Position numbers and translations under genes: made by a program. The notes beneath the pieces are model-generated. The model worked only from the letters and a program-made list of their open reading frames with translations. It had not been told where the DNA came from and searched no databases. Below are positions 1-11,140 of a DNA stretch of 64,000 nt, in pieces. The first letter of the stretch is position 1. The number at the start of each line of letters is the position of its first letter. The stretch lies in the IMG/VR virus record IMGVR_UViG_3300028127_000003; one strand, written 5' to 3'. The DNA is from a virus.

Positions 1-1
1 C

Positions 2-2704
2 GTTTGAAACTGAAGGTGATACTAGGATTTTAAATTCAACCCTCTGATATCTTCTAAATTCAGTATCATTCTGTCCAGTATACCAATAATCCCAATCTTC
101 TCCAGATAATACACCTGTCCCTGGGTTTTCCCATCCTCCGCTATACATCTTTTCTATGGTACCACCGGGACCGCTTATTGTCGGACCAACTTGTGTACCT
201 ATTGTTGCAGCCGTATTCCAGTGATTAGTACCCTCTGTATAGTTATATGGCATTGAATATTGTGGAAAGTCAGTTGTCGGGTCTATTGTTAAACTATCAT
301 AGAGGTCTTCTATTATACCTTTGTTCCATCTTGTAATTATAGGAACTTGAACCATCGCAACAGTTTGACCTATATCATTATAAATGTCTAAAAAGACCTC
401 TGCTGGCCATGTCCATCTTCCCTGTTGATCATATAATTCTCCGCTTGTTAATGCGTTTGCTGTGGTAGAATTAGCCTGCTCATAAAGTGAAGGCCATACG
501 GGCTCAAATTGACCAGGGCTTCCCGATATTGGACGTACTATTGCGCCGTCTGATGTATTAGTAGCCCAATCGCCATATCCTCCTCTACCTCCTGTTAGTG
601 TTAAACTAAATCTGTTGTTCGGCGGAGGAGCAGAATTAGAAGGACTGTTTGATTGATTCATAGGACTATAGTGCCAACTCTCTTCTTCAGGATCTTCTAC
701 TTTAGGCAATCTATAAAAATAACGAGGAGTACCATACCAGCTATTTCCTCCTTTTTCCCATGAGCTTCCAGTTGCAACTATATGTGCAGATGGATCTGTT
801 ATATTTAAAGCCACCGGATCTATTCCCATACTGGACTGTCCGGGAGAAACTGTATAAAAGTTGTTTTGATAACTAAAAATCTGACCTTCGTAATATGAAC
901 TAGTTGAACTTGGATTAAATTCTCCTACGTAATTCCATGCAGATGTAGTAGATGTATTTCCATTCCATCTTTCTGACCAGTCAGTAAACCATGAATAAGA
1001 TTCTGCTTCTCTTTCAGTATTGCAATTAGGTGGTGATTCTGGAGAAGGATTTGATGACCATGAGGTATCTTTACCTCTAGCTGTTAATCTTAAGTCAAAT
1101 ATATTAACTTGGCCGTATTCGAGTTGAACATCTGACGTACTTCCTGCTGACCATGTTCCTGTTGTAGTATTTTTAATTTCTCTACCTGCTGATTGAAGTG
1201 GCTGTCCAACGATAATCGAATTACCTTGATATCCATTAGCATCTACTAAATTTATTTCTCTCCATCTATCTGCTCCTGCTTCATCTGGTGAATTAGGAAA
1301 TACTGCATCGTTATATGTTGTGCTATTGTTATCTAATAATTTAGAATACATGGCAGGGAATGTAAGAGGAGCAGGGCCTGTAACATTATAATATAAATCA
1401 GATGCTCCTAAATATATTAATTGAGGAGTTTTAACAACCGCATACTCAGTTGTTGCATAATTAGAATTAGTTGAAGTCTCACTTACCCATGCCTCTGTAG
1501 AATCAACAGTTATATCATATTCAATTGAATTCGCGTCTTGAGAGAAAGTAAATAGACCTCCTCCTATAAAATTAGGTCTTGATGCACCACTTAGTGATGT
1601 TATTTGGCCTACGTTTGTTGTAAAATTAAATGAAAAGGAATTTAAATTAGGAACAGTGTAGTTTATATTACTATTTTTCCAAGTTTGACCATTACATAAA
1701 TACCATCCCTCATATTGCGTACCTGCAACTCCTCTTCCAACTACAATATCTATCGTACTTGGATCACTATTTAAATTTATTGTTTGATTCTGTGTAAAGT
1801 TACTAACATCAATATATGTGTCATAATGAAAAGATATTATTGTTCCTATGGGAACACTTGCACCTATTTCAGATGCTTCCTTAAAACCTATCGTTCCAGT
1901 ATTGTCTAATGCCACCGCAATCTTATCTACATCTGGGTTAGTGTTAGTTGTTCCACCTACGTAAGAGTTATTAATTTTAAAAATACTACCTGTAAATATT
2001 GCATCGTTAGTAGAAAGAAATGATCCTGTAAATTTTACACCGTTAATAGCGTCCATTGACATCATCTCATTATCATTGACATCGTTGATTATGTACGTAT
2101 CTGCATTCCATCTATATTCTCCTGCCGCTACACTAGATGCAAATTTAAATTCTAGAACAGACTGTTCGCCAATTGAACTTAAAGCAGGATAATTAGTCAA
2201 TGCTATGTCTAAATACTTATCTGTTCCTTTTTCAGATATTAATCTAATGTTAGAATCATGATAATTTGAATTCTTATTAATTAATAAAACGCTATTTAGA
2301 TACCCCGATATTAAATTTAAATCATTATACTCATCATCATTACTTGCATAACCTAATAATACGTTAGTTGGAGGGAAATTCACCTGTGTTGCTGGACCTG
2401 CCAGCTCATGTTCAGGTACTATAGTTTTAATATTAAGAGCTCCATTGTACCATATTGCTCCGTCTTTCCATTTTGAATTATTAGAAGCGTCAGCAGGTCC
2501 TTGAAAACCCTGAGGACCGTCAATACCCTGAGGACCATCGTCACCAGTTGCACCCTGAAATCCCGTTTCACCAATAGAACCAGTGGCTCCCATTGGTCCA
2601 CCGCCATTAGCAACTAACTGATCAAAGTTATAATTAACTTTATCCAGTTTTTCCTGTTGTGTATCAGATTGTAGAATCTGCTTTAAATTAATAGGTATTG
2701 GCAT
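2..2704 (-). CDS. Tail fibre/baseplate collar-domain structural protein, runs off the left edge (not in ORF track)
   Basis: Manually translated from ATG at 2704: MPIPINLKQILQSDTQQEKLDKVNYNFDQLVANGGGPMGATGSIGETGFQG (short collagen), later VPIGTIISF...GRGVAGTQYEGWYLCNGQTW (tail-collar-like). Frame spot-checked open at several points and at the window edge; paralogous N-terminus to 2757..6251. Confidence 0.8.
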   Translation of the reverse strand, partial: MPIPINLKQILQSDTQQEKLDKVNYNFDQLVANGGGPMGATGSIGETGFQGATGDDGPQGIDGPQGFQGPADASNNSKWKDGAIWYNGALNIKTIVPEHELAGPATQVNFPPTNVLLGYASNDDEYNDLNLISGYLNSVLLINKNSNYHDSNIRLISEKGTDKYLDIALTNYPALSSIGEQSVLEFKFASSVAAGEYRWNADTYIINDVNDNEMMSMDAINGVKFTGSFLSTNDAIFTGSIFKINNSYVGGTTNTNPDVDKIAVALDNTGTIGFKEASEIGASVPIGTIISFHYDTYIDVSNFTQNQTINLNSDPSTIDIVVGRGVAGTQYEGWYLCNGQTWKNSNINYTVPNLNSFSFNFTTNVGQITSLSGASRPNFIGGGLFTFSQDANSIEYDITVDSTEAWVSETSTNSNYATTEYAVVKTPQLIYLGASDLYYNVTGPAPLTFPAMYSKLLDNNSTTYNDAVFPNSPDEAGADRWREINLVDANGYQGNSIIVGQPLQSAGREIKNTTTGTWSAGSTSDVQLEYGQVNIFDLRLTARGKDTSWSSNPSPESPPNCNTEREAESYSWFTDWSERWNGNTSTTSAWNYVGEFNPSSTSSYYEGQIFSYQNNFYTVSPGQSSMGIDPVALNITDPSAHIVATGSSWEKGGNSWYGTPRYFYRLPKVEDPEEESWHYSPMNQSNSPSNSAPPPNNRFSLTLTGGRGGYGDWATNTSDGAIVRPISGSPGQFEPVWPSLYEQANSTTANALTSGELYDQQGRWTWPAEVFLDIYNDIGQTVAMVQVPIITRWNKGIIEDLYDSLTIDPTTDFPQYSMPYNYTEGTNHWNTAATIGTQVGPTISGPGGTIEKMYSGGWENPGTGVLSGEDWDYWYTGQNDTEFRRYQRVEFKILVSPSVSN

Positions 2705-2727
2705 TACTTAAATCTTTATTTATTTAG

Positions 2728-2735
2728 TATATATC
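2728..2735 (-). promoter_or_regulatory. Candidate late promoter RATATATA
   Basis: GATATATA 23 nt before ATG 2704. Confidence 0.55.
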
Positions 2736-2756
2736 TTTAATTTCTAGAACTAATTA

Positions 2757-5700
2757 TTACTGGACCTTTTCCTCTAGCTCTTCAACATTATGGCATAAAA
2801 TACCGTCTGCAATATAAACATCTTCATTTTCAACATCAATAGAATATGTGTTAACCGTTTTGTGAATAGTTTCATTAGAGTTAACTCTTGTCCATTTTTC
2901 ATTAACATATATCATGTCGGTCGTATCAATATAAAGAGCCTGTTTAAAGAATATTTCTCCATCTGGTCTTTTTATTAATATAGGGTGTTCGTTTGTTATT
3001 TTAGTTAATCCGTTATTAATATCTTGATAGTTCTTATAAGTTCCTTTTATTATTCTGACTATTTTAGCAGATGACTTAGGAGCCCTGAATTCCATCGCAT
3101 TAGTTTTAAAATTTCTCCATTCACCACTATCGCTTAATCCTTTTATATCAAACGAATCTAATACATCTCCTACTTTTAAGTTTTCAACTAATTTAGTAGT
3201 TCCATTTGCCATACTAATTACAGTACCTTCAACGTGACATGGATCAATGGAAATTCCTATAGTAGTATCGCTAGCGAGTTCATTCAATGTACCACTATAA
3301 TCAAAATCTAAGTCCAATATTTCACTAGGCTCTTCTATTGGCGTCATGATACTTAGTGATACATAATTGTCACCTGGGTTGAAACTTACACTAGCCCAAT
3401 TCATGCTGTTGCTAGGATCCTCTATAGTAAAATTAGAAGAACTAAGCTGGGATGGAGATATGCCACTAAGCGTAAAATAAACATTTCCATTACCTCCTCC
3501 ACCGAAATAATTAAGTGTATTATTGGTATTTCCGTCATCCCAGTCAAATATAACACCGGATGGACTTCCTCCCGAGCATTCTGTCGGATTAGTGGCAGTT
3601 GCTTGACTATTTGAATCAATAGCTTTATAATGTTCACCTGTATATCCTGATGTACCAGAGTCTCCAGTCCAGTCGGCTATTTTTATCGAGATGTTTGTTC
3701 CTGGAATAAAGGTATCTGATTTTAATAATGTAAGTGGATATTTTCCAAGATTAGCGATTGAACTATAAAGAACTGTGTTAGAACTCTGGTCTTGTCTTAC
3801 GTATATTTGGTTTGACAACCATGACGAAACTCTACCTTCATTCTCGGCATTTGAATTAGATGCACCTAAATTCGTTACGCGCCATGATCCAGGGTTTTCT
3901 CCTAATTCAAACATATCAGAAGAATAAAATATATCATTACCTGAAGTTGCATCACATGCCGTAGTAGCACCTATTCCAAGAGAAAGGTCTCCACTCGACC
4001 ATTGTACAAATCTAGATTTTATAACATCTCCTTTAAATTCATTATCATTTGCTGACCAATATTTTCTCCATGCCATATATAATCCAGAATCTATTGTTAA
4101 CATACCACCGAAGCCAAAATTAACCAGATACGTATCCGTATTTGGTACACTCCTATACCAACCATCAGTTAATTGATCTATGGTATTATTTCCATCATTA
4201 CGTTTCCATATATGTGAAGTATTTTCATAATCTTTAAAATCACTAGAAGATCCCACGACATCTGGATGATTGTCTATTTTATTAGAAATAAATACTTTTT
4301 CCAAAGAAGTGCCGGCTGGCCATCCAGTAAACCCGGTTACATCTGCCTCTGTCATTGTTACAGGAGGGAGCAGTCCGTTATTAGAAATACCAATGCTAGA
4401 ATACGTACCGTCAACTCCATTTACACTTTCAGAATACATCATCCAGCATTCTTTAGGCTCTGTTTCTAAAGCGTCATCTGAAGATATCCCAACACCATTA
4501 ATATATTTTCTTGCATAGCCCCATCCATTCTGTCCACCAGATTCTCTAGCTAACCATCCGTCTGCTAATTCCTGTCCGTTTGAATAGCATCTTACATTAC
4601 CATTTGCAAAATTATTATCGTTATTCCAATAAGCATCTAATTGAGCTCCATCACTTGGAGCACCGTCTGCCGTCCATTGTATTGTTTCTGGGTTTAATGT
4701 AGTTGCATATTGCATTGCAATATCTATGTTAGTGCTGTACGTGCCTGGTGCGATAGTATTTGAATCCATAGATCCTGTCATCGCGTGATATTGTAATTGT
4801 ATATTAGAAGAGCTGGTAGAGGCGGCGGCCGTACTCCACTTATAATCATATTCTTTCAAATAAATTATACTAATTTGTTCTCCCATTATGATATGCTCAG
4901 AAGGCGCAAACTGTATATTTTCATTGTCATATATTCTTACATCTTCTGTACTATTATCAAAAGAATGTGATATGACATTAGGGTTTAATCCAGAACCATC
5001 GAGACCCAATGCACTAACTCCTCCTGAAAAAAGTATATTACCATTATATGTGGCTAAGCTACCTCCACTTGTACTGCCTGATAAATCTCCCGTTAAACCT
5101 GCTATATTAGTAATAGCCCAGTCAAACCCGTTTAAGTTAGGTGTATCGTATGCTACGATTCCTCCATCACCCCATGTTTCTCCATTACATAAGTACCATC
5201 CTGCATAAAGCCCGGTTGGTTTACCTGATCCGAAGTTTGTTTTAATTACTTCATCTCCGTCTACAATTAACATAGGCCCTGTCTCGGCATCCGATAGATT
5301 AAAGTTCTCTTCACCAAAGAAGGTATCACTGGGTATTCTTATTATAGATCCCACGGGGAATACTTGAAACATGTTAAAAACATCTTCCCATTCAACTCTT
5401 CCCTGTGTGTCGTGTGATTTTAGTAATTTATTTAAACTTGGAGAGTGATTAGAATACTTTATCTCCCCTACTTTAAATTCTATTACACTACCCGGCGAGG
5501 TTGCATCTACATTAAGTTCATACGGAATTACGGATTCGGCACCTAATACGTTTTGAATGGTTCCATTAAAATAAAACCTATTGTCTCTATCAAATTTTAT
5601 AGCAAATTTATTATTTACGTGATCAGCATTGATATCCGGAGTAAATGTTAAAACAGGAAATTCAATATTATTACTATCTTCTTCTATTTTTAATCCAATA

Positions 5701-6251
5701 TTATATGACTTATCGAGATGTTTATCTTCTGCAAATATGATAGAATTCTGAGGAGATGGAGTGGGGTTATTGGGGCTTGAACCGGTTGAAGCTTCTGTTA
5801 TAATATTTAATGTTCCGCTCTTCGAAGCACTGACAGGCTCTGTTGATAATTCACCATAATAAGGACTTATTAATTCCCCATTGCTATCTAAATGAGCCGA
5901 TGCACCAATTGCTAATGTAACCGTTCCACTCTGATTAACAGCAACGGAAGGATATATTACCCTTTGTGTTGGATTATTATCATCTGTTATCTCTTGTGAT
6001 TTCCAAGTTCCACTTGACTCTGGTCCTATCATACCCTGTGTTCCACGTGGTCCCTCAGTTCCTTGTAGACCGTCTTCACCCTTATCACCATCTTCACCAT
6101 TTGGTCCTTCAATTCCTACAGGGCCACTTGGCCCTCCGTTTTTCATTAGTCTAAAATTAAAATTAATTTTATCAATTTTATCCTTTGACCACCATTCACT
6201 ACTGTTAGGATCTAGATCACTCTTAAAAAGTTCTTTGATTCTTATGTTCAT
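2757..6251 (-). CDS. Tail fibre/collar-domain protein with short collagen stretch and C-terminal Hint domain
   Basis: N-terminal KIDKINFNF followed by G-X-Y run, FPVGSII...GWYLCNG...PNL collar motif, C-terminal CHVEGT...EHP...ADGILCHN. Confidence 0.8.
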   Translation of the reverse strand: MNIRIKELFKSDLDPNSSEWWSKDKIDKINFNFRLMKNGGPSGPVGIEGPNGEDGDKGEDGLQGTEGPRGTQGMIGPESSGTWKSQEITDDNNPTQRVIYPSVAVNQSGTVTLAIGASAHLDSNGELISPYYGELSTEPVSASKSGTLNIITEASTGSSPNNPTPSPQNSIIFAEDKHLDKSYNIGLKIEEDSNNIEFPVLTFTPDINADHVNNKFAIKFDRDNRFYFNGTIQNVLGAESVIPYELNVDATSPGSVIEFKVGEIKYSNHSPSLNKLLKSHDTQGRVEWEDVFNMFQVFPVGSIIRIPSDTFFGEENFNLSDAETGPMLIVDGDEVIKTNFGSGKPTGLYAGWYLCNGETWGDGGIVAYDTPNLNGFDWAITNIAGLTGDLSGSTSGGSLATYNGNILFSGGVSALGLDGSGLNPNVISHSFDNSTEDVRIYDNENIQFAPSEHIIMGEQISIIYLKEYDYKWSTAAASTSSSNIQLQYHAMTGSMDSNTIAPGTYSTNIDIAMQYATTLNPETIQWTADGAPSDGAQLDAYWNNDNNFANGNVRCYSNGQELADGWLARESGGQNGWGYARKYINGVGISSDDALETEPKECWMMYSESVNGVDGTYSSIGISNNGLLPPVTMTEADVTGFTGWPAGTSLEKVFISNKIDNHPDVVGSSSDFKDYENTSHIWKRNDGNNTIDQLTDGWYRSVPNTDTYLVNFGFGGMLTIDSGLYMAWRKYWSANDNEFKGDVIKSRFVQWSSGDLSLGIGATTACDATSGNDIFYSSDMFELGENPGSWRVTNLGASNSNAENEGRVSSWLSNQIYVRQDQSSNTVLYSSIANLGKYPLTLLKSDTFIPGTNISIKIADWTGDSGTSGYTGEHYKAIDSNSQATATNPTECSGGSPSGVIFDWDDGNTNNTLNYFGGGGNGNVYFTLSGISPSQLSSSNFTIEDPSNSMNWASVSFNPGDNYVSLSIMTPIEEPSEILDLDFDYSGTLNELASDTTIGISIDPCHVEGTVISMANGTTKLVENLKVGDVLDSFDIKGLSDSGEWRNFKTNAMEFRAPKSSAKIVRIIKGTYKNYQDINNGLTKITNEHPILIKRPDGEIFFKQALYIDTTDMIYVNEKWTRVNSNETIHKTVNTYSIDVENEDVYIADGILCHNVEELEEKVQ
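2787..3239 (-). other. Hint (intein-like/BIL) autoprocessing domain within 2757..6251
   Basis: Block A C-HVEGTVISMANGTTKLVENLKVGD, block B TNEHP, block F/G YSIDVENEDVYIADGILCHN; the residue after HN is Val. Confidence 0.85.
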
Positions 6252-6253
6252 TT

Positions 6254-9200
6254 TTATGCAATTATTTTAGAATGGACCCTCAAATTATATCGATACCCTG
6301 GTTTTTTATTATATATTAATCTGAAATTTAAAGGCTTTTCAGCGAAACTTCTGATTTCAAAATTAGTAAGTTCAAAAAACCCATCAGATGTAATATCTTC
6401 TATATTAGTTACGCTTTCCAATTCACTATATTTAGATTGATTTATATCATCACTTGGAAGATACCCTGCTATTTCAGTTCCATATACCTTTATTTGATCT
6501 ATTATAAATCTAGGTATAATGTTTTCTTCAATGTATATTGTTGAATCATCTTCCAATGTTGTTTTATCTCCATACGAATATTCAGAAGTAGCGTACCTTG
6601 AATAATACGCAGTTATATTTTCTTCTTTTAATTTTCTTACAATAGAATTAGCGATGTAGAAGTCAATGTGAATTTTTTGAGAATCTTCAAAAATATAAGC
6701 ACCATCATCTTCTCTTTCATCATATCTAATTACATCTAACGCTTGAAGAGATCTTACTCTTTTTAAATTGTATGAAGTTATATCATATTCATTTTTAACT
6801 TTCATTATTGTAGATGCAAAGAAAGATCTTTCTTCTATAGGGCTTAATGTTCCATGGACTTCCTTTGATCTATTTGTTCCACCAAAGGACCTTGTATAAT
6901 AGTCTTTAGCATATTTACTCTTAAATAGGTTTAAATCTTTTTTATCTATTGCTATTTCTCCAATTAATGGATATAGGGGTAGTTTATCTGATTCTTGACT
7001 TAGTTTAATAACCTTCGGCTGTAATTCATTTACTTTATGAAAGAAAAAGTTATTGATAATTCCGTAATTTTCATCAACTCCTAAATTAGAATTAAACATA
7101 CAATTTACTCCTATCAGTCTGTTGTATTTTTTCAACCTGTTCTCTTGCTCTTCATTAAAAGAATCTAAGGTATTTCTAAATTTATAATTGCCATAGGGAG
7201 ATGAAAAAGTTACAACATCTTTAAATAAAGGATCATAGCTACCGTTCATTCTTTTAAGAGTAGTGTAATATCCACCATCTTCTCTTGCAACCAGATTATA
7301 ACCTATATTATCATTATTTAATTTAAATGCCTTAGGTTTATCATCATCTATTTCTATGTCTAAAATTGAGGTTTTTACAAACTCAACACCGCTTTGTATT
7401 TCTAAACAAAACTGACCTGACTCTATATCTCCATTCTCTAGAATAGTAGTATACGTTATATCTCTATGTGTATTAATTCTATCTGCAAATCCAAATGAAG
7501 AAACGTCTTGTAATGCATTATCCCATGCCTTTTTACCACCGTTATAATATTTAAGAGGTATAATGTTAGGAATCGTAGTTGGATCGTCATAGGGTACATC
7601 TAAATCCTGATAATATTCTCCAGTCTGCTGATTTAATACCCATAGGTAAGGAAGACCTTTAACTATTATTTGTGAATCGTCTATCACCGAAACAACCTGT
7701 AAAGAATAAGTTTCATTTCCACTTTCAAATAATATATATGAATATTGCTCATCTATTTTAAAAATGTCTTGTGTAAATTTAGGTGTATTTTCGCCAACTG
7801 ATTGCACCGAAGCTTCCACTATCGTTGTAATTTCAGGATCTTCAGTATTCCATACTGTTACTGAGCTACCTCCAAACTCTAAGAAACCTCTAATATTACT
7901 ATCAAGTATTTCTCCTTCATTTAAAAGGTCATTTAAATTATATAACAAATATCTGTCTAATTGTGATATATCATTTGTAGGAACTTGTAAATTTATAAGA
8001 ATGCTAATAGTTTTAAATTTATTATTTCTTACAACCTCTATATCTACTCCCGTGTTGTTTATTTCGTCGTTAGAAGTATAGTTAAGTATTGTTGCAACTT
8101 TAAAATCATTTACATCAGACGAAGATTTAAAAGATATCGGGCTAGTCGATAAAAATTCAGTTCTATCTTTATAAATATATCTTAATCCTTTAAAAACTGT
8201 AGATGAAAAATTAACAGAATCTCCACCTTGCATTTTAGTGTACATTTTAAGTGGGGTTGAATTAACCCATTCACCGGGTTCAATTGTCGCTAGACCTGAG
8301 CTATCATTTTGATGAGCACCTGTATAGTTTAATATAGTTGAAAAATAATCAAAGTCAGTGCTTTTTAAATTTGCGACTAATTCTGAATAAGGCTTTTCGT
8401 ACCCTTCATAGACATAATCCATAAGTAATGGAATACTGCTAGGTTCTAATAAATATGTAGGAATATTATGTATATAGAAGTGTTCCATATTTAGTTTTTC
8501 AGCTGATCTTTCTGAAAGTTTAGTAATATCAGCTGATAAATTATTTACACCGAATGCTTCATTGGTGTTTAGGATGTATGATAAATTTCTAGAGTTAGTA
8601 GAATCTTTTAAATTAAATTTACATATAGTAGGTACGACTCTTGAATTAACACTCGTCTCCTTTAATGAGTTCTCCTTTAACCTATCATATTCATTAATGA
8701 TTTCTGTATCTATAAAATCACTTTCAACTATATCATCTCTAATAATACTAGATAAAGATTTAAACTTAAATAATTGACTATTACCAGGACCCGGTTTAAA
8801 TATAAAATCTTCATAGATATCAGCAACGTTAGACTGGTTGAAAAAATAATTAGCAGATGCTAAATCCTTCGTGATTATTTTAGTAAAGAACATCGTACCC
8901 ATTGATGTATAGATTACATCTTTTACCTCTGTCCATTCCTGTTCACCAGGATTACCTACCGTATCGACCTTTACAAAGTCTCCTTTTTTAATAAATTCAC
9001 TAACGTCTATATCATGTATTAATATATAAGGATCTGCTCCAGGAAAAGGTTGGTCATTGGCTTCGAGGACGTAAATGGAAGAAACATTTGCTACTCCAAA
9101 CGAAGCTTCATCATTCTTATATTGCATGCTCTCTAAAACTAAAAAGTCTATTTTAGAATTTGAAGTATCGTAGAAATCAAAATTAAAATCCTTGAAATCA

Positions 9201-11083
9201 TACGCTGAAAACTTTCCAAAGGGAGTATCATAGGTTTCATAACTTGTAATCACATTGTCCATTGAAAAAACCACCGGTTTTTGAAAAATAACTCTAAAGT
9301 TTTCTGAATAAGGATCTTTTATTATTTCTATAATCCTAACATAGTTATCCTTATTAAGTTCTTTAATAAAATACCCTACCTGTAGGTTTCCTATTTCGTT
9401 AGGGGATATTAATACACCCTGATTAACAGAACATCCACCAATCATAGTGTAAATTTCATAGTCTCCTAATTGCAATCCACCCGTAACAGTTCCACCTTCA
9501 CTTATAAAGTCGTTATACTTATTTGAAAATGCAAGATTTGCGTCGGTTGAACTTTGCATATCGATAAAGGGGTTCGGATTAGATGAACTAATACCAAATA
9601 CAGTTGTATTCTTATTCCTTCCCTGTGAGTAGTCATCTATGATCACCCTGTTCTTTATAGAGCTAGCATTATACGGTATAACTTCTGCATTTCTAATCGC
9701 CGCTGCAAGTGCTGCTGCTATTTGAGAAGTATTACCTATTGCAGAATATCTATTTTCTTGAAATGTTCCAATTGGAAGAGAAGTGTCTGCGATTAAAACA
9801 AAATCACCCAAATTAAAGTTTTCAATACTTATCTCGAGCAAGTCTCCTAAAAATACTTTATCATTATCAGAAGGCTGGTCTATTATATTTAATTCTATAA
9901 AACCATTAAATGGTGTTTTGTTTATTACGGGGGTGTTAAACTCTGTTTGTTTTTTATTTACAAAAATAGAAGAGTCTCCATTATATGATGTTAGTATTTG
10001 GTTTTTTTCTATTCTAGTCTTTCTAAATCTATTTAAAACGTTATGATATTTATTATTAATATCTTTTACCCATCCAAGAATCGGCTGGGTGTAATCCTTT
10101 ATAGATGGTAATTTATCTAATTCGTCAGACGATGAATTGCTTATATCTAAATTTAAGTGTCCTATTGAATTTACAGAATTGACAACTACAGTTCCTTCTT
10201 GATGTTCATCTACGAAAATTCCAAAATATCTATAAACATTATAGTCGTCGGCTTCATTATCGTCAAATAAAAATTCTAAATTAATTATATTGTGAGAAAC
10301 AATTCCGTTTCTTTCAAAGCTAGTTGTTAATGTATTATTAGCTAAAATTTCGGGAAGGTCTTCTTTAACGTAATCATCATCTATATAATCTGACTTTTCA
10401 ACAAAGCCACCTAACATTACGTCTATTCCGTTAAAGGAAGTAGGATCATCCAGTTCAAAATTAAAATCAATATGCGACTTAGGAATTAAGGGATTAGATA
10501 CGTGACTATTTAGATATCTCCCTAGCTTAGAGTTATTAGTCATATCATACGATTTTATTAAAGTCGCATTAGATAACATTTCTTGAATTCTAGAATTTTG
10601 ACTAGGATCATCTTCTAAAGATTTTTCTTTAAAATCTACATCTTTAATTCTATAAATTATAAATTTTTCAGGAACACTTTCTTCTAACCATATTGGAGCA
10701 AATATTCTATATTGCTCGTCATAGGCCTTTGTATAATTGAATGAAGCTCCGTAATTATATAGGTTTTCATATTGTGTAGAATAGTCTTTAGAAACACTTA
10801 GATCTGTAAATTCCCTACCGACCTGATATCTTTCATCTTTACTTAATCTTCCGTAAAACTGAGCAACGTCCCTACAATATTCACCTGAACTAGAAATAGG
10901 ATATTTCTGATATTCATACTGCGATAGAGTTCTATTTGCCTTGATTGAGCTTAAATAGATATCTCCCTCTTCGTCAGTAATTAATTTGACATTAGAAGTT
11001 AACTTGGGGTTAGTTCTTAATAGGGCAAAGGACTTATCCTTATACGAAATACCTTCTGCTTGTGTGTTAATCGTTATCGCCAT
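6254..11083 (-). CDS. Very large hypothetical virion/baseplate-region protein (1609 aa)
   Basis: Long ORF in the structural module with a late-type motif upstream; no recognised motif. Confidence 0.6.
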   Translation of the reverse strand: MAITINTQAEGISYKDKSFALLRTNPKLTSNVKLITDEEGDIYLSSIKANRTLSQYEYQKYPISSSGEYCRDVAQFYGRLSKDERYQVGREFTDLSVSKDYSTQYENLYNYGASFNYTKAYDEQYRIFAPIWLEESVPEKFIIYRIKDVDFKEKSLEDDPSQNSRIQEMLSNATLIKSYDMTNNSKLGRYLNSHVSNPLIPKSHIDFNFELDDPTSFNGIDVMLGGFVEKSDYIDDDYVKEDLPEILANNTLTTSFERNGIVSHNIINLEFLFDDNEADDYNVYRYFGIFVDEHQEGTVVVNSVNSIGHLNLDISNSSSDELDKLPSIKDYTQPILGWVKDINNKYHNVLNRFRKTRIEKNQILTSYNGDSSIFVNKKQTEFNTPVINKTPFNGFIELNIIDQPSDNDKVFLGDLLEISIENFNLGDFVLIADTSLPIGTFQENRYSAIGNTSQIAAALAAAIRNAEVIPYNASSIKNRVIIDDYSQGRNKNTTVFGISSSNPNPFIDMQSSTDANLAFSNKYNDFISEGGTVTGGLQLGDYEIYTMIGGCSVNQGVLISPNEIGNLQVGYFIKELNKDNYVRIIEIIKDPYSENFRVIFQKPVVFSMDNVITSYETYDTPFGKFSAYDFKDFNFDFYDTSNSKIDFLVLESMQYKNDEASFGVANVSSIYVLEANDQPFPGADPYILIHDIDVSEFIKKGDFVKVDTVGNPGEQEWTEVKDVIYTSMGTMFFTKIITKDLASANYFFNQSNVADIYEDFIFKPGPGNSQLFKFKSLSSIIRDDIVESDFIDTEIINEYDRLKENSLKETSVNSRVVPTICKFNLKDSTNSRNLSYILNTNEAFGVNNLSADITKLSERSAEKLNMEHFYIHNIPTYLLEPSSIPLLMDYVYEGYEKPYSELVANLKSTDFDYFSTILNYTGAHQNDSSGLATIEPGEWVNSTPLKMYTKMQGGDSVNFSSTVFKGLRYIYKDRTEFLSTSPISFKSSSDVNDFKVATILNYTSNDEINNTGVDIEVVRNNKFKTISILINLQVPTNDISQLDRYLLYNLNDLLNEGEILDSNIRGFLEFGGSSVTVWNTEDPEITTIVEASVQSVGENTPKFTQDIFKIDEQYSYILFESGNETYSLQVVSVIDDSQIIVKGLPYLWVLNQQTGEYYQDLDVPYDDPTTIPNIIPLKYYNGGKKAWDNALQDVSSFGFADRINTHRDITYTTILENGDIESGQFCLEIQSGVEFVKTSILDIEIDDDKPKAFKLNNDNIGYNLVAREDGGYYTTLKRMNGSYDPLFKDVVTFSSPYGNYKFRNTLDSFNEEQENRLKKYNRLIGVNCMFNSNLGVDENYGIINNFFFHKVNELQPKVIKLSQESDKLPLYPLIGEIAIDKKDLNLFKSKYAKDYYTRSFGGTNRSKEVHGTLSPIEERSFFASTIMKVKNEYDITSYNLKRVRSLQALDVIRYDEREDDGAYIFEDSQKIHIDFYIANSIVRKLKEENITAYYSRYATSEYSYGDKTTLEDDSTIYIEENIIPRFIIDQIKVYGTEIAGYLPSDDINQSKYSELESVTNIEDITSDGFFELTNFEIRSFAEKPLNFRLIYNKKPGYRYNLRVHSKIIA
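6310..6317 (-). promoter_or_regulatory. Candidate late promoter RATATATA
   Basis: AATATATA 58 nt before ATG 6251, inside the upstream gene end. Confidence 0.4.
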
Positions 11084-11111
11084 TTATAAATAGACTCTAT
11101 TTTTGTTAGAG

Positions 11112-11119
11112 TATATATC
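11112..11119 (-). promoter_or_regulatory. Candidate late promoter RATATATA
   Basis: GATATATA 28 nt before ATG 11083. Confidence 0.58.
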
Positions 11120-11140
11120 TTGCTTAGTTACAGCGAGATA

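Noticed and set aside
2419-2613. 64-aa minus-strand ORF in the track
   Set aside because: Out-of-frame shadow of the collagen stretch of the real ORF starting at 2704.
2787-3239. Classical mobile intein
   Set aside because: No homing endonuclease, Val at +1 and only a nine-residue C-extein; treated as a BIL/Hint autoprocessing domain.
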